This document shows positions 37,610-42,324 of a stretch of DNA of 42,324 nt, piece after piece. Below the pieces are notes generated by a model, which was not told the DNA's origin, did not search any database, and saw nothing but the letters and a program-made list of their open reading frames with translations. Source of the stretch: Pirellulales bacterium. GTDB lineage: Bacteria > Planctomycetota > Planctomycetia > Pirellulales > UBA1268. Each line of letters starts with the position of its first letter. Positions within the stretch are counted from its first letter, which is position 1. Position numbers and translations under genes: made by a program. The stretch lies in assembly GCA_040397685.1 (NCBI GenBank), contig JBBAVM010000005.1, forward strand, positions 18,827 to 61,150, given 5' to 3'.

Positions 37610-37657
37610 ATTGTAAAAGCGTGCGGGTGCGAGGCAAAAAACGGCGGCTGCTATACT
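37610..37657. promoter_or_regulatory. Divergent -10 elements for nfeD and pyrE
   Basis: TACAAT on minus at 37610-37615, 7 nt from ATG 37602; TATACT on plus at 37652-37657, 9 nt from ATG 37667. Confidence 0.6.
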
Positions 37658-37666
37658 CCGCCCGCC

Positions 37667-38248
37667 ATGAACCAGCCCACCAATCCGCCGTCGCCCACTG
37701 CCCGACTCGTCGATCTCATCACCCGGAAAGCGCTCAAAAGGGGTACGTTCCGTCTCGCCTCCGGGCGGGAGGCGAGTTTCTATCTCGACGCGAAACAGGT
37801 CGTGCTCGATGCCGAGGGCTCGATGCTCGTCGGCCAGGCGATCCTCGAGCGGCTCGCGGCCCTGTCCCACTTTCCCGATGCCGTCGGGGGCATGTCGATC
37901 GGCGCCGACCCGATCACGGCCGCGGTCGTCACGATGGCCGGTGTCGCCGGCCGTCCGCTCAAGGGATTCATGATCCGCAAGGAGCCGAAGGATCACGGCA
38001 CGAAGCGTTACGTCGAGGGGCCGGTCGAGCCCGGCCAACGGGTCGTGATCGTCGAGGACGTGACGACCACCGGCGGCTCGTCCCTCACGGCGATCGAGCG
38101 GGCGCGGGAGTTCGGGCTCGTGGTCGAGCGGGTCGTGACGGTGATCGACCGCCTCGCCGGCGCCGAGGCGGCGTTCGCCGCACAGGGTATCCCGCTCGAG
38201 TCGCTCGTCACGATCCGCGACCTCGGCATCGGCCCCGACGCGGCCTGA
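37667..38248 (+). CDS. pyrE: Orotate phosphoribosyltransferase
   Basis: GTFRLASG..ASFYLD, GADP, IRKEPKDHGT, VVIVEDVTTTGGS, VIDR. Confidence 0.95.
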   Translation: MNQPTNPPSPTARLVDLITRKALKRGTFRLASGREASFYLDAKQVVLDAEGSMLVGQAILERLAALSHFPDAVGGMSIGADPITAAVVTMAGVAGRPLKGFMIRKEPKDHGTKRYVEGPVEPGQRVVIVEDVTTTGGSSLTAIERAREFGLVVERVVTVIDRLAGAEAAFAAQGIPLESLVTIRDLGIGPDAA

Positions 38249-38326
38249 GCCGGCTGCTTGCCCGGCGCTCGGCCGCCGCCGTAGGCTGTCAAGATCGTCC
38301 GAGCCGTCTGCCGTCGGGAGCATTGC

Positions 38327-40165
38327 ATGCCGCGGCGTCGAGTCCACCTGCCGTCGATCGCCGCCCAACGCGTCGTGGTGGCTGCCGCGCTTGTGTTCCT
38401 TCCGGCGACGGTTGCCCACCTTCCGCCAGCCCGGGCCGACACGGCCTCCCCGGAGCAGGTGGCCACGCTGATCGCCGCCCTCGGCGACGAGGACTATCAC
38501 CGCCGCGAGGCGGCGGCGGCCGACCTCAAGGCGCTCGGGCCCACCGCGATCGACGCGCTCCTGGCTGCCGCCGAGACGAGCGGCGACCTCGAGGTCGCGC
38601 TCCGGGCCCGATGGCTCGTCGAGGCGATCCCGTTCGAGATGCCGCACGACCCGCCCGAGGTCGTGAAGTTGCTCTCGCGCTTCAAGCGCCGCGCGTTTCC
38701 CGAGCGCGTCCAGGCGATGCATCGCCTCCTCCGCGTGGATGACGACGGTGGCATCGAGGCGCTGGCCCGTGTCGTGCGCCTCGACCCGTCCACGGCGGGC
38801 TCGCGCGTGGCGGCCTCGCTCCTCGCCCGGGAGTGGCGGGCACACGATCCGGCGTGGCCCGCGATTCGGAGCCGGATCGTGGCGGGGCTCGGTCCGGCCC
38901 AGCGTCCCGCCGCCCGGTTTCTCGCGGCGCTCGCGGGCTTCACCGGCACCGATGACGCGGCGAGCCGGGCCACATCCCTCGCCGCCGCCCAGGCCGCGCT
39001 CGCCGATCTCGGGCTCGTCGCCGCCGCCCAGCCTCCCCGCGACGCCGCTGCGTCCGCCGGCGACGAGCGCGACGCGATGGATCAGACGCGGCAAATCATC
39101 GAACGCTGCCACGTGCGCATGCTGCTTGCGGGCGGGGACCGTGCCGCCGCGCTCGAGGCCGCACGCGGCATCGTGGCCGAGGCACGCACGGAAGACGACG
39201 ATGGGGAGACCCGTGTCGTGGAGGCGCTCGCCTGGGCTGTCGAGGTCGGCCTGCCGGACGTGGTCGAGGCCGTTGTGGCGGCGCCCGAGGAAGACCGCGG
39301 GCTGCTCCTGGAACTCGCCCTGGCCCACGCCGAACGGTCGTGCGGCCGCGAACCCGCAGCCGCCGCGCGGTTCGCGGCGGCGCTCGGGGCCGCGGAGGAG
39401 CAACCGTTCGCCGAGCGGCTCCAGGCGGCGATGCTGCTCGTGAAGTGGGGCTGCACCGACTGGGCGGTGCAGGCCTATGACGCACTGCTCATCACGGCCG
39501 ATCAGGCCGCCTCGGAGACCGCGCTCGCGGCGGTGATGTATTCCGAGTTTCTCCATGATCTCGAGCGCGACGCGGAGGCCGCCCGGTGCCTGGAACGACT
39601 GTTCGCCGACGAGCCGGCGGCGGCGCGGCGGAATCGCGGACCGCTGCTCGACGCCGTCGGCCGTGATCCGCGCGGCACGCGGTCGCGGATGCACTTCTTC
39701 GAGAGTTGCGTGCATCGCCGCCGAAACGACCTCGTGGCCTGCCGGGCGGCACTGGAGCAGGCGCTGGCCATCTATCCCAAGGACGTCGATGCCCTGATCG
39801 GCCTCTACCACCTGCCCGACAACACGCCCGAGCAGCGGCTCGACGCCGTGAAGCGGATCCAGGCAACGCTCTCCCAACTGGAGGACGAGATCCAGGCGGT
39901 GCCCGACGACGCCACCGGCTACAACGAATACGCCTGGCTCGTCGCCAACACCGAGGGGGACTTCGAGAAGGCGACCCGGTACTCGAAACTGTCGCTCGTG
40001 AAGTCGTTCGACAACGCGAGCTACCTCGACACACTCGCCCACTGCCATGCGGCCGCAGGGCGGCGCGAGGCGGCCATCCGCGCGCAGCGGCTCGCGCAGC
40101 GGCAGGAGCCGCACAACCAGACGATCCGCCGCAGCCTCGAGCGGTTCGAGACGGCGGCGCGGTGA
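38327..40165 (+). CDS. Exported HEAT/TPR-repeat protein
   Basis: Signal peptide; LI..LGD.DY..RE.A...L HEAT-like start; C-terminal YNEYAWLVAN, YLDTLA, A...QR.A TPRs. Confidence 0.82.
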   Translation: MPRRRVHLPSIAAQRVVVAAALVFLPATVAHLPPARADTASPEQVATLIAALGDEDYHRREAAAADLKALGPTAIDALLAAAETSGDLEVALRARWLVEAIPFEMPHDPPEVVKLLSRFKRRAFPERVQAMHRLLRVDDDGGIEALARVVRLDPSTAGSRVAASLLAREWRAHDPAWPAIRSRIVAGLGPAQRPAARFLAALAGFTGTDDAASRATSLAAAQAALADLGLVAAAQPPRDAAASAGDERDAMDQTRQIIERCHVRMLLAGGDRAAALEAARGIVAEARTEDDDGETRVVEALAWAVEVGLPDVVEAVVAAPEEDRGLLLELALAHAERSCGREPAAAARFAAALGAAEEQPFAERLQAAMLLVKWGCTDWAVQAYDALLITADQAASETALAAVMYSEFLHDLERDAEAARCLERLFADEPAAARRNRGPLLDAVGRDPRGTRSRMHFFESCVHRRRNDLVACRAALEQALAIYPKDVDALIGLYHLPDNTPEQRLDAVKRIQATLSQLEDEIQAVPDDATGYNEYAWLVANTEGDFEKATRYSKLSLVKSFDNASYLDTLAHCHAAAGRREAAIRAQRLAQRQEPHNQTIRRSLERFETAAR

Positions 40166-41001
40166 TGCACCACGTTCAACTGCCCGACACCCGTCTCGCC
40201 GTGCACACCCGCGGCAGCGGCCTGCCGCTGCTCCTGCTGCATGCATTCCCGCTCGACCATTCGATGTGGTCGGGGCAGGATGAACTCGCCGACGAGTTCC
40301 GGCTGATCGCGCCCGACCAACGCGGCTTCGGCTCGAGCGCCGGCCCACCGCCGGCGAGCATCGTCCAACTGGCGGACGACGCCGTCGCGCTCCTCGACGC
40401 GCTCCACGTGACGGAGTCCGTCGTCGTCTGTGGCCTGTCGATGGGGGGCTACGTCGCCCAGCACGTCGCCGTGCGACATCCGGGACGGGTGCGGGCCTTG
40501 ATCCTCGCCGACACGAAGCTCGAGGCCGACACGCCCGAGGCCCGCGCGGCCCGGGGCGAACTCGCCGCCAAGGTGGAGCGGCTCGGCCCGGAGGTCGTCG
40601 CCACGGCGATGATCCCCAACCTCCTCGCCCGCTCGGAAGCCGCCCGGGCAAAGCCCGGCCGGGCCGGGATCGAGGCCGCACTCGAGCGCACGATCCGGTC
40701 CACGCCCGTCGCCACGATCACCGCCGCGCTCGCCGCCCTCGGTGCCCGGCCCGACATGTCGGAGGCGCTGCGGCAGGTCGCGGTGCCCGTGCTGCTCGTC
40801 GTCGGCGCGGAGGACACGATCACGCCGCCGGCGTGCATGGAACGGGCGGAGGCGGTGCTCGCGCGGCCGCGGCTGCTCGTCATGCCCCGCACCGGGCACC
40901 TCGCCCCGCTCGAGGATCCCACGACGTTCAACGCGGCGGTGCGGACATTTCTCCGGGCGGTGGCGGCCCCCGGCGCGGATCGGCCGGCGGCCGGCCATTG
41001 A
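40165..41001 (+). CDS. Alpha/beta fold hydrolase
   Basis: LLHAFP, PDQRGFG.S, GLSMGG nucleophile elbow, VGAEDTITP, GHLAPLE.P..FN; TGATG overlap with upstream gene. Confidence 0.92.
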   Translation: MHHVQLPDTRLAVHTRGSGLPLLLLHAFPLDHSMWSGQDELADEFRLIAPDQRGFGSSAGPPPASIVQLADDAVALLDALHVTESVVVCGLSMGGYVAQHVAVRHPGRVRALILADTKLEADTPEARAARGELAAKVERLGPEVVATAMIPNLLARSEAARAKPGRAGIEAALERTIRSTPVATITAALAALGARPDMSEALRQVAVPVLLVVGAEDTITPPACMERAEAVLARPRLLVMPRTGHLAPLEDPTTFNAAVRTFLRAVAAPGADRPAAGH

Positions 41002-41812
41002 ACCGCGGCCGGCCCGGGCCGGGCCGCAGGCTGGCGTAGCGATCGAGCCACTCGAGCCGCTCGGCCGTGTCGAGGTCGATCACCCCCTTGCGTTCCGCAG
41101 GATCGCGGATGGCCAGCCATTGATGCCACAGCCGGGCTGCGGCGAGCAGTTCGTCGCGGTCGGGCCCCACGCCGTCGCGGCCGCCGAGCGCGCGGGCGAG
41201 TTGCACGAGTTCCCGGCGGCGGGTCGGGGAGAGCCGGCCGAATTCAGCGGCCGCATCGACGAGTTGCCGCCGCTCCTCGTCGGGATGGGCCTCGAACGAC
41301 TTCCGGCGGGCGGCGATGGACATCGCATCACCGCCGAGCGGGGCGGCGGCGAACGCCGCGACGGCGGCGTCGAGCGCCTCGTACGGCGGCGGGCCCGGGT
41401 CGGCGCCAGGCTCTTCAGGGCGGCCGAACGGCGGCCTCCGCGGCGGCGGATAGTGGCGCCGCGCGACCTGCGACAGGAACTCCACGCTGCCCGCCTCGCG
41501 GAGCACGTCGAGGTGCTCGATCGCCGGAAGGTGTTCGAGCATGCCCCGATCGGCGTCGCTCATCGTCGCGCGGCCCGCGACGAGGCCGACGAGGAATGCC
41601 GCCGCCACGGCCGCGGCTGGCGCGAGCCACCCGACCCGCGACGCCTTCCGGGCCACGCCGTCGCGGGCGGCCGCCGCGACCATTTCCACGGTCGTCGAGG
41701 TCATCGTCGCCGGGGCGGCCGCGGGCGGCAGGGCGTCGAGCAGGTCCCACGCGGCCCCGAGCGCCTCCGCGGGTGTGCCGGCCGTCGTCGCGGTCGGAAC
41801 GGGGTCGCTCAC
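40928..41812 (-). CDS. Putative membrane-bound anti-sigma factor
   Basis: GTG start overlaps ECF sigma stop (GTGA); short N-terminal WDLLD.LP domain, one TM helix, helical extracytoplasmic part. Confidence 0.68.
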   Translation of the reverse strand: MSDPVPTATTAGTPAEALGAAWDLLDALPPAAAPATMTSTTVEMVAAAARDGVARKASRVGWLAPAAAVAAAFLVGLVAGRATMSDADRGMLEHLPAIEHLDVLREAGSVEFLSQVARRHYPPPRRPPFGRPEEPGADPGPPPYEALDAAVAAFAAAPLGGDAMSIAARRKSFEAHPDEERRQLVDAAAEFGRLSPTRRRELVQLARALGGRDGVGPDRDELLAAARLWHQWLAIRDPAERKGVIDLDTAERLEWLDRYASLRPGPGRPRFNGRPPADPRRGPPPPGEMSAPPR

Positions 41813-42324
41813 CGTGTTCCCTCCCGCTCGTACGACTCGAGCTTCTCGCGGAGCTGATCGCGGGCCCGGAAGAGGAGTGATTTCACGGCCGGCACGGTGA
41901 GCCCCATGGCGGCGGCGATCTCCTCGTAGGAGCAGTGCTCGAACTTGGCGAGCAAGACGGCCATCCGCTGGTTGTCGGCGAGGGAGGCGATGGCGTCCTG
42001 GACGACGTCGCACAGCTCGCTCCGGTCGGCCTGCCGCGCGGGCCGCAGACCGCTCGCGGCGACGGCGAGATGCTCGAGGCCGAGGGCGCTCGACGACGCC
42101 GAGACGTTCGTCGGCACGCCGCGTTCCTTGCGGCGGTACGCCCGCTGCCTGAGATCGCTCGAGACGTTGTTCGCGATCGTGTGGATCCAGGTGGTGAACT
42201 TCGCCGTGGGCTTGTACGTGGCCCGCGCGCGATACACGCGGAGAAACACCTCCTGCGCCAGGTCCTCCGCGAGCGCGTGGTCGCCGGTGTGGTGGCGAAA
42301 GAGCGTGACGAGCCGATCCTGCCA
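41809..42324 (-). CDS. ECF RNA polymerase sigma factor (5' truncated by window)
   Basis: AEDLAQEVFLRVY, F.TWI..IA.N (region 2); L...QR.AV.L..FE..SYEEIA..MG....AVKS.L.RAR (region 4). Confidence 0.93.
   Translation of the reverse strand, partial: WQDRLVTLFRHHTGDHALAEDLAQEVFLRVYRARATYKPTAKFTTWIHTIANNVSSDLRQRAYRRKERGVPTNVSASSSALGLEHLAVAASGLRPARQADRSELCDVVQDAIASLADNQRMAVLLAKFEHCSYEEIAAAMGLTVPAVKSLLFRARDQLREKLESYEREGTR

Noticed and set aside
8580-40681. Very long alternative ORFs (8580-12215, 17072-19789, 27220-29796, 35425-38742, 37478-40681)
   Set aside because: Stop-poor shadow frames expected in high-GC DNA; they overlap well-supported genes and lack recognisable motifs.

Overview
A very GC-rich, gene-dense bacterial chromosomal segment. 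Gene content suggests Planctomycetota, probably a Pirellulales-like organism; this is inferred from the tandem-domain NfeD-NfeD-FloA cluster, the thioredoxin-trypsin fusion, the membrane-anchored GspE-like protein, the MG.DR.YYR-type rhomboid and the secreted WD40 protein. About 40 CDS are supportable. Most are housekeeping (lnt, metG, epmA, hisF, thiG, thiS, nadA, pyrE) or envelope/hypothetical genes. I saw no rRNA, tRNA, CRISPR array, transposase or phage genes. The most unusual signal is non-coding: a dispersed family of structured intergenic elements. It has two unrelated bodies (~90 bp x3, ~150 bp x2) plus a ~36 bp mini form. They share the ends ccgg-CTCG-gggg...cccc-CTCG-cctcccc, show compensatory base changes in internal stems, and are nested in or abut REP-like palindromes. 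Other notable items are a membrane-anchored PilB/GspE-like protein that lacks its catalytic motifs and is coupled to an intact PilT, a two-domain NfeD without catalytic serines, an in-frame internal RBS+ATG in metG, and several apparent leaderless promoters. All alignments were done by eye and no database searches were run.
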